Notes under the pieces: model-generated
Database searches by the model: none
What the model was told of the DNA's origin: nothing
Seen by the model: the letters and a program-made list of their open reading frames with translations, nothing else
Made by a program: the position numbers and the translations under genes
Origin: Phoronis australis
Taxonomy: Eukaryota; Animalia; Phoronida
Length of the DNA stretch: 64,000 nt
Direction: 5' to 3'
Assembly (NCBI GenBank): GCA_002633005.1
Contig: NMRA01000030.1
Location: 1,410,088-1,474,087 of the forward strand
Shown here: piece by piece, positions 35,544 through 47,703 of the stretch
Numbering within the stretch: the first letter of the stretch is position 1
How the letters are laid out: every line of letters starts with the position of its first letter

Positions 35544-36677
35544 GTATTTCTGAGTATTTACTATCGTAGTAAAGACTAGTTCTTCGCCAAGTGCTACTTT
35601 CGTAACTGCTAATATAATTTTTTTATTTTTATTTTTATGTTTGAAGAAATAGTGAAACTGGATGTGAATAAAGGACCAATAGGTTTGGTCGTCGGTCACA
35701 TATTTAGTAGGCGAATTGTCACATTCATGTCTGTTACTGGATAATAAAGCAGTCAGGTGACAGGTTAAATTTGTAGCACTATTGAACGCTTCAAATTTTT
35801 TTATTTCATTGCAATCTTTGCTTTCTTAGTTCTAATTTAATTCACTAGATGGTTTTATAAAGCAAAAGATAATCCAATAGAACATTTCGTACATACTACT
35901 TCTGTATTTATTTGCAATCAGCATGTACATGTACATTTGTGGTCATTCAATTAGGGGAGAGGGGTAAGGCCTATATGTATAGTCATATCAGTGCCAGCTT
36001 CCGTTACCCAAGTAGTGAACTAGAGTCCCGCTGGAGGTTGCTGTTCAGCTCGATTTTAACTATATTAATAAAGCGTAAAATTGGTTAATACGAGCAGTTA
36101 CGGTCAGAGATAACACCAATAACTAAGAAAACGTATATTTCCCATCTATAACTTTGATGACAACTCACAACCTGTATGATACGTTTATAATGCAAATTAC
36201 AATCGCAGTGTATCCTATACTAATTAATCCCAGAATGTAATCATACAACTACATTGAAAGTAGAGTCAGTTTGGCATAACATTAAATAAGTGAAATAATT
36301 AGCAAGCACCAATCGTGCCTGAGCTTCGAATGACCAAGGAGACAAATTGTACTCTGGAAATAGTCCACCAGAAACTCAAAAAGAACCCCTAAAATGAGCT
36401 AACAAATACATTCGAGGAATCACACAAAAAAACAATTCCATATCATTCAACACATGCCATTGTCCGCTAAATTGCATGTGGCAAAAAAACACTCTGGGTT
36501 GTGCCCGTCAGAAATTCTCAAAAATCACAACCACTGTACGTATGCCACTGAAAATTTGAGCTAAATTGTATATTCGCGCTACTTCAAAAATACTTTAAAA
36601 CGAACAATCGAAACGCACTGAACACCGAAAGATTCCAAGGCTGACAAATTGCACTCTGGAAAGGGTGTATTGTGTCC

Positions 36678-37229
36678 CCGAACACTTAGAGCGTAGCACA
36701 GTTTGTACAGAAATGGATGTCTGCCGGTGTCTGCACTCTGAGTGTGGCCCTTGGAGACCTTGCAAGTTTCCAAAAATGAGCTAGATCATATATTCGAGGT
36801 ACCGGCCAAAACTGATTCAAAACAAACAATCGCACCGCACTGAACACGGAAAGACTTACAGACAGGCAAAATTGCACTCTGGAAAAGGTGTAATTTGTCT
36901 GTCATAGCCAATTTAGTGGTCAGTGGCATGTCTCGATTCATATCAAATTGTTTCTGTGGCACCTCGAATGCATGAGCTAGCTCATTTTTGGGGGCTCATT
37001 AACGGGTTGCAGGCGGACTCTTCCCAGAGTGCAATATTTCTGACACGCGTTATTTTGCGTTGAGTGCGGCACGATTGTTCGCGTTAAATCAGTTTCAGCC
37101 GGTACCTCGAGTATCTAATCTAACTCATTTTGGTCCCTTGCAAGGTCCCCAAGGGCCACACCCAGAGTGCAGACACCGACAGACATCCAAGTTTCTGTAC
37201 AAACTGGGATGCACTCTAAGTGCTCGGGG
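36678..37229. mobile_element. Foldback/MITE with ~200-bp inverted arms
   Basis: 36680-36887 is the reverse complement of 37021-37227 (e.g. CAGTTTGTACAGAAA / TTTCTGTACAAACTG). Degenerate direct copies of the arm lie upstream at ~36310-36670. Confidence 0.75.
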
Positions 37230-37574
37230 GTGGGGGGGCATATGCTGGTACCCTTTCATCTATGCTAAGTGCTCTGGGCTGCCGGTCTAAATGTACATAT
37301 GGTGAAACTGGTTGCTGCAACGGCATTGATGCATCGTGAGGTGAAAACATCAGGCATCCTGTCGAAAGTGCATTTTCCACACCCCAAACATTTTTACAAC
37401 CCACTTGATACTTTGTGGGTGGCGTTGTAACACCTTCTGCTGCGTTCTGGGGGAGGGGAACTGGATTGGAATCAGAATCCATGGTTTTGAGGGATACATG
37501 CGCTACCGCCTCGCAATGCACCATCGGTTACAGCATTGCTTAAACAAGCACGGCACTCGGCTAACTCGGCTAAC

Positions 37575-38205
37575 TTGAGTCGTGTGTTGAATCCCGGCGC
37601 CCAACGTCTCACCTCATGAAGAAATAAAGTGTCGGCATCCGAACTACATCAGATAGTCAGAGGGTGGAATCCCTATAGCTATTTACAAACAGATGCGGCG
37701 CTATAATGGGCACAAATGTTCTTTTAACTGCAACCACTACCTTGGGGAATCCGACAGGAGTGAACACGATTCCCCGTTCTTTGTTCTGTGTCACAGAATT
37801 GCACTATTGCGTCGGTGCAGAACGCTTGCTAGTCCTCGAGAAACTGCGTGGACTGATCTTGAAATTGACATTGCGCTGAAACCACGTGCATTAGCGAATA
37901 CCACCTGAAAACACTCTGTGGAGAAACATCATAGAGCAAGTGCCACCGTAAGAGCTACTGGCAAAATTGAGGGCCTTTTGATAGTTTGCTCAATCATACC
38001 AAGTCTTTCGCGCACGGTCACCATAATTCTTCTACCAATTCGGTATTTCTGCAGAACATCTTCGACGTACATGTCAAGTGGAATGAACCTATCTTGGAAA
38101 ACGAAACGCTGCAATTCCGGTCGTCTTGTCACCACCGCATGTACACCGTCATGCTGTACCTCTGGGCACAGTGCGCGCACGGTGAGTACATAGAACTCTG
38201 GTCTA
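37575..38205 (-). pseudogene. PIF/Harbinger (HARBI1-like) transposase relic
   Basis: Reads ...LQKYR...LPVALTVALAL*CFSTECFQVVFANARGFSAMSISRSVHAVSRGLA, then GFPKVVVAV..FVPIIAP and PG(S)THDS across a stop and frameshifts, in the HARBI1 motif order. Confidence 0.7.
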
Positions 38206-38412
38206 GAGCTCTATCAAAGATTTTATAGTTGATATAGTATCTTTGGTTCTATGGCGAGTAAAATTGGACGACGCTTTTAATTATGTCACTTCTAGCTTAT
38301 CATAACACAGCTCAATGAAAAATCTTTAAAATGATTGAGAGAACTCAAATCAACACCGCATGTTGTCCCTCCTCAGCGAGACACTGTGTTCCCGAGCGGG
38401 AAATATCTTTAA

Positions 38413-40625
38413 AAGGGAAGGCAACCATTTCGTGTCGTTTTTAGTAAAAATACGGTTCGTTGATTATCCCAGACATATGCTTCAGTTAATTACGGCTTCC
38501 CGTAATTTTATTAATTAGTCGTGCACATCTCCGGAAGCGACTGTTAGGGGGTTAAGAATTTCCCGCCATTTCCTTTCTAGTGCTTTCGAGTTACTGTGAG
38601 GATCTGTTCTGCTGTTGCTTTTATGCTAGTTTCCTAAAGTTGTCGTCACCACTTCCCATCAACGAATGTTCTACGACAAGCTAGGTTGTTAGAGAACTGG
38701 ATTTAAGGATATCTCCAACCTTATTCACAAAAATTGGCCATTTTTACAATATTTCACTTGTGTCTAGTAAAATAACATATCTTCATATACCGCGTAGCGA
38801 GAAAAAAGATTTAGCAGAACCACCTTGGAACCACACAACCGCGTGGATATGTTTACTACTTATCCAAGGCCTCTGTGTTCATGAACACAGGAAGTTGTGA
38901 AAAGAGATAAATCCTCATCCTAATTAATTAATTCAATTAATTAGTTGATGTTTCGATCTCATGCTAACGACATACTTTAACCACCGATTCTATTTTTGTA
39001 ATCCATTTCTTACTTGGTTTCGTATCAGTCTCCCAGCACTAGGTCGTAAATAACAGAAAAAGTTGGCTGGGAACAATACGTCTATTTGAGGTTTTAATGA
39101 TAATTAAGTTCTCGAAAACGGCTACATGGATTTCGCTGAAACTTTACAAACTTAATATTTAGTCAATCTCAAAAACACTGTTAGGATTTTTGATATAAAG
39201 GCCTAGTTTTTGCGTAATGTGACAAAGACGAATACGACTACAATTTTTTACAAAATAGCTTACGTTTTGCGAGTTGATTTGTCATTAACACCAAACGAAC
39301 AGATTAATCGAAAATTCCTAACAGAGTTTTTGAGGTAACTGGTGAAGTTTTCATTTAAAAATGTTTCATTAAAATCGACCGAGGGGTTATTTTGCTATGA
39401 ACGTACCTGTCTTAAAAATGAATTTTTGACTTAAAAATAATAATGGCACATAAATACAAAAAGTATATTTATATTTCCTGGTCTCCTTAAGAATCTTTTA
39501 GATTGTAGTAGCAGTGGGTGGATATATGTTTGAGCCCGAGTATAGTGAGGCAGAATACAGACAGCTGTTGAGGTATGAAGCTGAGGACTGAGGACAGACG
39601 TAGTAGGACGTCTTGGAGAATATGCAAGGTGTGCGCTGTTATGCTGACCTATGCTGTTCCCACTGGATGGTGACCCGAGCACCCAAACCGCTTACATCCT
39701 GCCGTGCGGCCCTCGCCACACACCTGTGATCTTCTAAATAGGTCCAATATTTTAGTCAAGTCCACAATAAACTGATCAAAGATTGGCTCACCGGCCTGAT
39801 CACTGGACGACGAACTGTCCTCCCAACGGGTGTTGAATCTGGTCTGTATTCACTCCCACTACTCAACATCGCTGCAGGGTTGCTTATAGACTCTGGGCTG
39901 GAGACAACACCAGTGTAGGGCGAATCACTGCTAGTACCCGGAATTGCACGCTCTGGGGGTACGTTCGGAGGCAGGGGTGACAGTACATGAAGCGCTTCCA
40001 GTCACTGTAAAGGCCACAGCTCGTGAGGTTACTCGCTTCAAAAACGCACTCTTCGGGGGTAGCGACGGGGCACTGTCAGGAATCAACAGCGACAGTATGG
40101 CACCTTTCGACAGGTGTTGTTTTGCAGGATTCTTCGTCAATTCCGTGTACACATCTCTCTCGTAATCCAATGGCAGAAATTGCTTGCCACACACTGGGTA
40201 ATTCTCCACTGCTTTGTACGTTGCGTTGGCGGTAACACTGCGTTCTTCACACGAACGAGCCAAGTACGACGGAGAGTGTCATCTTTCACAAAGCCGTGTA
40301 AGGGCATACCCAAAGTGCGCGAGACGATGAGTACAACCCGGTATGCAGCAACCGTGCGGCATGTTGACCGACTCCTAAACAAACGCAAACGACAACCGAA
40401 CTTTCTACAACCGAGGTAAACAATGACTGATTCGACAGGTCAAACAGTCAGACTACATGAAAACAAAATGGCGGGAAATTCTTAACCCCCTAAACGTCAC
40501 TTCCGGAGGAAGACACGACTAATTAATAAAATTACGTTAAGCCGTTTCTTACTGAAAAAATGTGTCTGGGATAACCAACGAACCGTATTTTACTAAAAAT
40601 GACATGAAAAAGATTGCCTTCTCCT
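38413..40625 (-). mobile_element. Kolobok-type DNA transposon (family B) with ~160-bp TIRs and a THAP relic
   Basis: TTAA at 38409-38412 and 40626-40629; TIRs at 38413-~38571 and ~40465-40625. A frameshifted THAP starts at ATG 40362: MPHGCCIPGC...LHGFVKDDTLRRTWL...VCGKQFLPLDY...L.KGAI.SL. Confidence 0.75.
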
Positions 40626-40629
40626 TTAA

Positions 40630-41381
40630 CATCTGCTCCTAGGAGCAGCTCCACAATTCGGGGCATGTCCGAAACTCGTCATCCGTTGTCACCTTCACAG
40701 AAATATAATAGCACAAATTTAACAAAGATCCTGCAGAGGATTTAGGAGATATAGCACTTACGCGAAAAAATCGTTGGACCCGTCCAATACTGAGTCAACC
40801 ATAGACGTCATCTTCTCAGTAAAAGCAAATACCAATTTTCGTAGCCTAATTATAGCCGACAGTAAGGCAGACGCCAAAAACACATGGTGCAAAATACATT
40901 GAATCCATCTGAAAACGGGAAGGTGGCGTCGTCTCAGAACATACCTATCAGCCAAATTTCATGACAATCCATGAAGTAACGCCGACGATACATAGGCAAA
41001 CGCAAAAAAAAACAACTAAACTTGTCACTTGGAACACACCGGTAGTGCGATCCGTACGAAAATTCACTCATTTCGTGTGATCCATGGCAGGCATATAGTA
41101 GCAAAATTTCACGAACATCCATCAAGGACATTTGAAGATACAACAGCGGACGCCAGACAGGTATTATGGCATAAATGCCCCCACAAATTAGATGTAAGCG
41201 CATAAAAACTAACATTGCAATTACTCATTAGGGAGCACATCGGTAGTCGGATTCCTTCGAAAATTAGCTCGTGCCGTCCCAACCACGATAAGAACATGTC
41301 CGCAAAATTTCATGAACATTATCCACGGGCTTTGCAGATACAGCGGCGGACGCCAGATGGACGCCGGCAAAACGGACGTAC

Positions 41382-41382
<1 letters not shown>
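40630..41382 (+). mobile_element. Helentron/HINE-like non-autonomous repeat
   Basis: 5' short inverted repeat CTGCTCCTAGGAGCAG, CCAAATTTCATG-type internal motifs and a GGAC-rich end. It shares blocks with ~54830-55100 and ~61690-62110 (e.g. TTGAATCCATCTGAAAAC; AAATTxGCTCxTGCCxTCCC). Confidence 0.5.

Positions 41383-41431
<49 letters not shown>
41383..41431. repeat. (TA)n microsatellite at the Penelope end
   Basis: About 24 TA units. Confidence 0.95.
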
Positions 41432-41434
<3 letters not shown>

Positions 41435-42215
41435 TATAATTTGGCAGTAATCTTTCTCGTATACATATTTCGATAAAAATACGACTTTGATCTGTTTTTA
41501 CTAATTTAATCTCAGTTCTTTCCAACTCTCTGAATAGAGATTTTGTCTTTACATCGCAACAGTGCAACAAAAATCCAAACATCAGTAGGGAACATATTTT
41601 AAAAAGCGATATTTCGAGACACGTATCTCATCTTCAGGCTTCTATTACAACTAGTTCACAGAGAAACGCACATAAGAAATGACAAATGCAATATAACACG
41701 TGAATTTGGCATGCGCAACTATGACGAAAAAAACATATATATATATATACATACGTTGCTGTGCAACATAATCTTTAGATCACCGAAATAACGAAAGAGC
41801 CCGAGTTCCAGATAGCTGCTCGTTCAAACTCGGTTTTTCAAACATTATTAATGTTCGTAACCTATGTACATCATTTTCAGCGAATCTAATGACAATCTCT
41901 TGACGAGTTATTTTGCGACCATGAACATTTTGAAAATAGTCTTTTATGGAACCGTTTTGTAAATGCATTGAAAGTCGCCGTGACAAGGAACACACTGTGT
42001 GCCCAATGTAATTTTGTATTCGATGTGGACGAAAACATTCGAGCGCGGGAAAAATAAACTGATAAACAACATTACATCTAGCAAAAGTGTGGACCTTCTC
42101 ACGACTAATGTTGCTTCTCATCACAAAATTAGAGGTCTTCATATTCTTGTAATAAATAATTACATCTAGTCTGTCATTAGGAATAACTCTCGCATAGTAA
42201 CGTCGGCGCATACTG
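41432..42215 (-). mobile_element. 5'-truncated Penelope-like retroelement (GIY-YIG endonuclease, 3' pLTR)
   Basis: ORF 42211-41780 carries NVVYQF...C...NYIGHT...LSRRLSMHL...I.FEKPSLN. It is followed by a hammerhead motif and a repeated ORF start (LFRELER...ICIRERLLPNYS) that runs into (TA)n. Confidence 0.85.
41602..41643 (-). ncRNA. Minimal type I hammerhead ribozyme in the PLE pLTR
   Basis: Minus strand AGAAGC-CTGAAGA-T-GAGATACGTGTCTC-GAAA-TA-TC-GCTTTT: stem I AGAAGC/GCTTTT, stem II GAGAT/GTCTC and a minimal stem III. Confidence 0.6.
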
Positions 42216-43015
42216 AAGCACAGAACGTACGGTGCCCGAGCGGGCTATGTGAACACGGGGATGTTTCACAAACTCATGGACATCAAATCCAGAGTGCTTT
42301 TACTATCTCCTTGTCCTCCCTCGCTGAAGCTTATTTTTGCAACAATATTTACTTTTCATCGGTAATAGAACGGCTAGAAATAAGTTTAATTAGAATTGCT
42401 TTATAAATGACAAGAAATGTTTATGTCTAGCAGGTGTACATTTTCTCCCACCCTGTGGAAATCAAGCCCAGGTCTTCCGAGCTACACGAACAGGTTACAT
42501 AGATGAACAGATTAGCTCTTAAATGTAGATGTTGGTGTGACGGATCACACATATCTAAAACACATGTCGTAACAGTCTAAACAATTACATTGTCTACGGA
42601 ACACATAAGACCAGTTGAATTCAAACATGCACGATTCAAAATACGTAAAAAGTGACATCGACAGAGGAGTCGTGGGACACTTCCCCTTGCAGATAACAAT
42701 GCCAATTCATTCAACCCCTCAAATGTTAATAGAGAACTTTATCGTCATGTTTACATCAAAAAACCTTTTCGGGGTTGTGGACAGCATCATTAAATTACCG
42801 AGACTTCAAAAATTGACATTTGAAAAGATATTGCATGTTCTTAATCGGTTTTTATTGAGTTGGAATTATTTTGATGTTAGTCAAACAAGCTATCAACTGC
42901 AAAAAACACAAACAGTGACGAAATCTCAAAAGACAAATATTTAATTCATTTTGACTTCCAATGGCAGAATGCATCACGTTGAAGATTGGTGAAAAGAAAG
43001 TCCCCAAGTTATGTA

Positions 43016-43241
43016 TAGGGCTTGGAATGACCAATGACAGAAAAGGGAAATTTCCAGGTGATATATCGTTCCACAAATAGGCTTGTGTTGTAAAATTTTA
43101 CTGACATAAACGTTTTTGTATGAATAAAGTCAAAATAATTCTAAAAAAGAGACGAAGGAAGAGGAAACTGGAAATCAGAAAAGAGGAAATCAAAACCAAA
43201 AATGAGGAAATCCTCTTAACAGAGGAAAATTCCAAGCCCTG
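43016..43241. mobile_element. Small hAT-like MITE
   Basis: TIRs TAGGGCTTGGAAT and ATTCCAAGCCCTG with GAGGAAA subterminal repeats; no TSD is visible. Confidence 0.55.
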
Positions 43242-44434
43242 ATATCAACGCCACCTATCCGTCCCACCATCTCGAAACCCACTGTCGTCGTTTATCGCCC
43301 CACACAAATTACACTCTACAAACCGGTAGAGTAATGACTAACGCAGAGTAAACTCTCTCCACTTTCACTGGCAGGACAAGATTGGTAAGGCGGGACATTG
43401 CAGCCTTCACATAGCTACATTATTCACATTTGAATCAATTACAGGAATACACCTACATGAAGTGTCGACTCCACGAATACACTGCAAGAACAATCATAAA
43501 AGGCGACTCAAGAAACACTGCATTAGGCCCATACTGTGGTAAAATTCCGCGAAAGAAAATAAAAAAGCAGGTACATTTCTTAGCATTTTATACGAAAAGA
43601 GACAGGAAGTCTTGTCACTAAGGCAGTCCATATACTTTAAACTAGCTTTCACAAAGGCATCTACCTGCCGTCTAACGACTAATGAGCATAACAATGAAAA
43701 TGGGAATATTCTGGCCAATTACATACGATCATCTTTAGCGAACAGAGGACTTAACGCTTCCTAAAGTAAGCCGCATGCGCCGTCTGTTTAGCGTTCACAA
43801 GCGATTTTCTCAAACGACGGAACAGACGTGAGATTTGCTTTATGATCGGACGGAACACGAACGCTATAAAACACGCAACATTTAAAATGACCACATCAAT
43901 TACTGATAAGAACAAACCTCGGGTACTGAGGTACTGAGGGGAAAAGACTCGTGTACCATTTCATGAATGGAATGGACGGTCCTTCAAACAGTGCAATTAA
44001 TGCGAACAGTAAGAGGAGATGGGGGAAGTGACTCTCGACTAATCATGGTGCCACTGATGCCACATTTCATCTATCAACATAACAGCAAAACACACAAGCC
44101 AGCATATCCGAACAATTACACGGGCGGCGCACCATAGGGGGCTATAGCCATGCATCCACTTCTTCAATGCTTCGCCACGCATGAATTAGTAAAACACCAA
44201 CGTCATCGACTGCAGTTAAAACTAAGCAATCATGTTTGTAGTGCAAATTCCTGTCAGAATAAATGTAATTTACAAAGCAATTATTTTAGTAAAAATCTCT
44301 AAAACGACAACAGATCTTTCGCCCAAAGCAGCCTTTGCAATGTATCGTATATAACATCCAAATACAGAACGAAGTCCACGCGCTAGATAGCGACACCTAT
44401 TAACGCTGAGGCGACAAGCTGTATGCAAATTTAA

Positions 44435-46484
44435 AGGAGAATGCCACCCGATTTAACTAGTCTTTGCGGCCGTCTTAATCGGTCTATATCCAGATCACCT
44501 CGTATACGGTCGATCTTACCTCACCGAGGTGTCGCGTTAACCTGTGAGGAAGGTGAGAAACGACGCACCGACCTCAGTGGTTCATCTGGAGATTGAGTGC
44601 CGTTATGATGTACTTTTGGTGTATCGTTCCCGCTTGTGCTAACTATGGAGCTGTGAGGAAAACGGGTATTTTTTCGACTTTCTCGTGAGCCCATAACTTT
44701 CGGAAGTGGCTCGCAGAAGTGAAGAATGAAAAGTGCGCCGTTAACACCAATTAATTAAGTACGAGGCCGTGAAACCTCTCCGCGACTGCCAAAGGCAGAC
44801 ATTTAGTCGACAGTGATTTTACTGACGACCGAATGCCAGCTTACCAAACAGCTCACGTCAGGGCAGAAAAAGAAACTTGAGGCTTTAGTCAGATGTTATA
44901 CATGTGTGTTTGCGTTTGACAGGCAGGAGACAAAGAAACGCGGATCGGTTGTCGATTTTTGATTACGGAGAATTGTAGATGGCCATGAAAAGCTACAATG
45001 CGTCAAAACATAAGGTTTTAAATGGCCTGTTTGATGACTGCCTCGCTCGTCAGGCTTCTGTTTGATCCTCTGGGTGTATCAGTGAGGTTTTCGCCAGTTC
45101 TTCTAATCGGCCAAAAACGTCGTAAGCACATCTCTGTTAAGATGCGGTGCAAAATCAAGATGGTCCGTGAGACACAACTGCTCTTCTCTAACAAGGCGTT
45201 TCACTTGCGCAATTTCGTGGCAGTAAACGCAAGCCTCAGTCGTTTCCATTATCGTGACACACCATGACAAGACATTCAAACGGTTTTCGGAACTATTCAT
45301 GTGCTCCGTTGTCTGTGCACGTTCACGGAGCCTCTCTAGTATTTCTTGATCAGTAGTATTCCAGTTCAAACTGATAGCCTCTGAAATCTAACGATCGACC
45401 TTTGAAATCTTCGTCGGATGAGCACTCGTCTAAGTCGCCTTTGCCAGTTGCCACATTGACGTTATTGTGTATTCCGTTTCAAAATGAATTATTCTTACCC
45501 TAACCAATGCTTATATAAAACTGAAATATAGTATGTCTCATTAGATACAATTTGTAATGCCTTGGGAGTGTACGCGAGTGCAAACGTTTTGAAAAGCCAG
45601 CAATAAATAAATCACTGCGTTACCAGGTTTAGATTCAATACACTAGGGACCGGGCACCGAGGCCGTGTGAGCGCATGCTAAATCAGTGTTTGCTGTTGTG
45701 AAACAAAAACTCGATATTATACCATATTGTCAGATCTTAGGAGAATCTTTATTTAGATATTCATGTACGTTATTCGAATCATTGTTACTGTACAACTTTT
45801 GCTCGGACGATTCTGTGGAAAGGTAACCTCAATTCGAGGCCCGGCCCGACGAGTTAGTAAGTAGATTTGCAGTTTCGCGGCAAATTCACCAAAACAATCA
45901 AGTGCACATTGTTTCTTTAGCTCAAAAGTATAGTTTTTTCGTCACTGGAAGTTTAGCTTCCAACTCTGGCTGGTTTCATGATGTCTTCAGTCCAGCCGCG
46001 ATGGGCCTGCCGGGTTCCGAACCACTGGCCGGGATAGCAAGCGTTTTGAACAGACAGAAATCGCAAGTCTAAAATTACAACACGCATCTATGTTCTCCTG
46101 TCTGTATTTCACGGACGAATAATTCGAATTAATCACCGAACAGACCCCAACTCCCGAGACCGACCTTGGTAAATTTGCCTAAAAATCCGTAACAGTGAAA
46201 TAAAACAACACATTTGTTCAATAAATCGATGTATTTGTAAGGGTTTTACATCGAATTTTGATGATTTATTGGTGTAAAACGATAAAATAAAGCGAAAAGC
46301 TGACACCAGTAAGCGTGCTGCGAATTGCTAATAGGCTGCGTTCGAACCTCTGAGGTTATTGGTTAATTTCAACAACTCCGTCTGCCGTCATGTGTCAGGT
46401 AACAGCGCTGTACCTGCTGTTATCGAGTGGAACTACTCCATCTGAATTGATACAAAATAGCTTGTTTTTGGGGTGGCATTTCCT
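44435..46484. mobile_element. Kolobok-type element, family A copy 1 (THAP relic on +, KolX/P2X7-ballast-like relic on -)
   Basis: TTAA|AGGAGAATGCCACCC ... GGGTGGCATTTCCT|ATAA. The THAP relic lies at ~44606-44830. The minus strand ~45460-44940 reads GYQFE..TDQEILER...WC..MET..ACVYCHEI...CLTDHLDF...LNRDVL. Confidence 0.75.
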
Positions 46485-46744
46485 ATAAATGGCCCCCAAC
46501 GTAGAAATGGCATATAATCTGAGAAAGACAAAAGCTACAGATACAGATACATGTTCGTACACAGGTGGTGCAACTGGCCACAAATGCTCGTACTGCTGTA
46601 AATAAAAAACTTTGAAAACGTTGAGCCCACGAAATCCAGTCAGTAACCAAGGAAACAGTGTGAATAAGGTAAGCTGCGTTATCAATTAATCAGACTCACC
46701 CTTGACATACAAGGCAACAAACTCTTGATACATCGCTTCATGAA

Positions 46745-47070
46745 GTGACCCAATACACGAAAGGACTTCTAGCGACCCTAGACGGAAAGTCAGACGCAAC
46801 TGAAGTACAACGTGACCCCATAGACGGCATAGCAGAAATTCGCCGGACCCCAAACGCGGGAGTTCAAGTGACTCCACAGACGAAGGGCGGTTCCATGGCC
46901 TTCATACAAAGGAGTGGTTCCATAGGCAGGAACACCCCGGGAGGCCAGAATTTCACGGAACCCGATGCAACGGGAAACAAGAGTTCAAGTGACCCTAGGA
47001 CTGGACGACCGCTTAGACAGTTCACGGACACCATACACTGAACAACAGGAGTTCAACTGACCCTATAGAG
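46745..47070. repeat. Diverged ~60-bp tandem repeat
   Basis: Recurrent GAGTTCAAGTGACCC...AGAC blocks; these explain the spurious ORFs here. Confidence 0.6.
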
Positions 47071-47310
47071 GGGTAGGACAAGCGATCATGACACCAGCTG
47101 CATGTGAATCCCCCTTCTACCAGAAAGGAAACATTTTGTACACCAATATGATTTCGATGCATCTTGAAGGGCATTTCCCTGGAAAGTTTGCAAGTTGAAA
47201 GCAGCAGATGGAGGAGAGGAATGGCTCATTGAAAAAAAGCATGCTGGTATGGAATGAGGAACATTCTACAGTATTCAGTTAAATTTACACAACAACTATT
47301 TAATTTGTAC

Positions 47311-47316
47311 TTTATT
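47311..47316 (-). promoter_or_regulatory. Candidate poly(A) signal of YLPM1
   Basis: AATAAA on the minus strand about 240 nt after the stop, followed by GT-rich sequence. Confidence 0.5.
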
Positions 47317-47556
47317 AAAATCAAAGACAACATAGTGACATTCTAAAACATTAAAAGCTAACATACAAACTACTTGGAACCAAGTTCATCCTCAAATTTT
47401 TAAGGTAATACTAGCATGTTATTAACTGTACTTTTTCCTAGGTAAAGGAGACAGCAACTCTTCAATGGAAGTGTTTGCAAACTTGGCATACAATACAACA
47501 TATTCTGATTACCAGAACACTGGCCAAGAAACAATTTGAAAGAACAAAGTTGATAA

Positions 47557-47703
47557 TTAGATATATTTCGTTCTGTTCAATGCTCTATCAGCGAAACTGT
47601 CATCTGTCATTCTCTCCCAGTCGGTCATAGTCTGCCCGACTACAAATCCTATCTCACGCTGTCTCATTTGCATCTTCCGCTCTTCGATATCTGCCCAACG
47701 AAC
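47557..47703 (-). CDS. YLPM1: YLPM1 last coding exon
   Basis: VRWADIEERK...IGFVVGQTMTDWERMTDDSFADRALNRTKYI*. Confidence 0.93.
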   Translation of the reverse strand, partial: VRWADIEERKMQMRQREIGFVVGQTMTDWERMTDDSFADRALNRTKYI

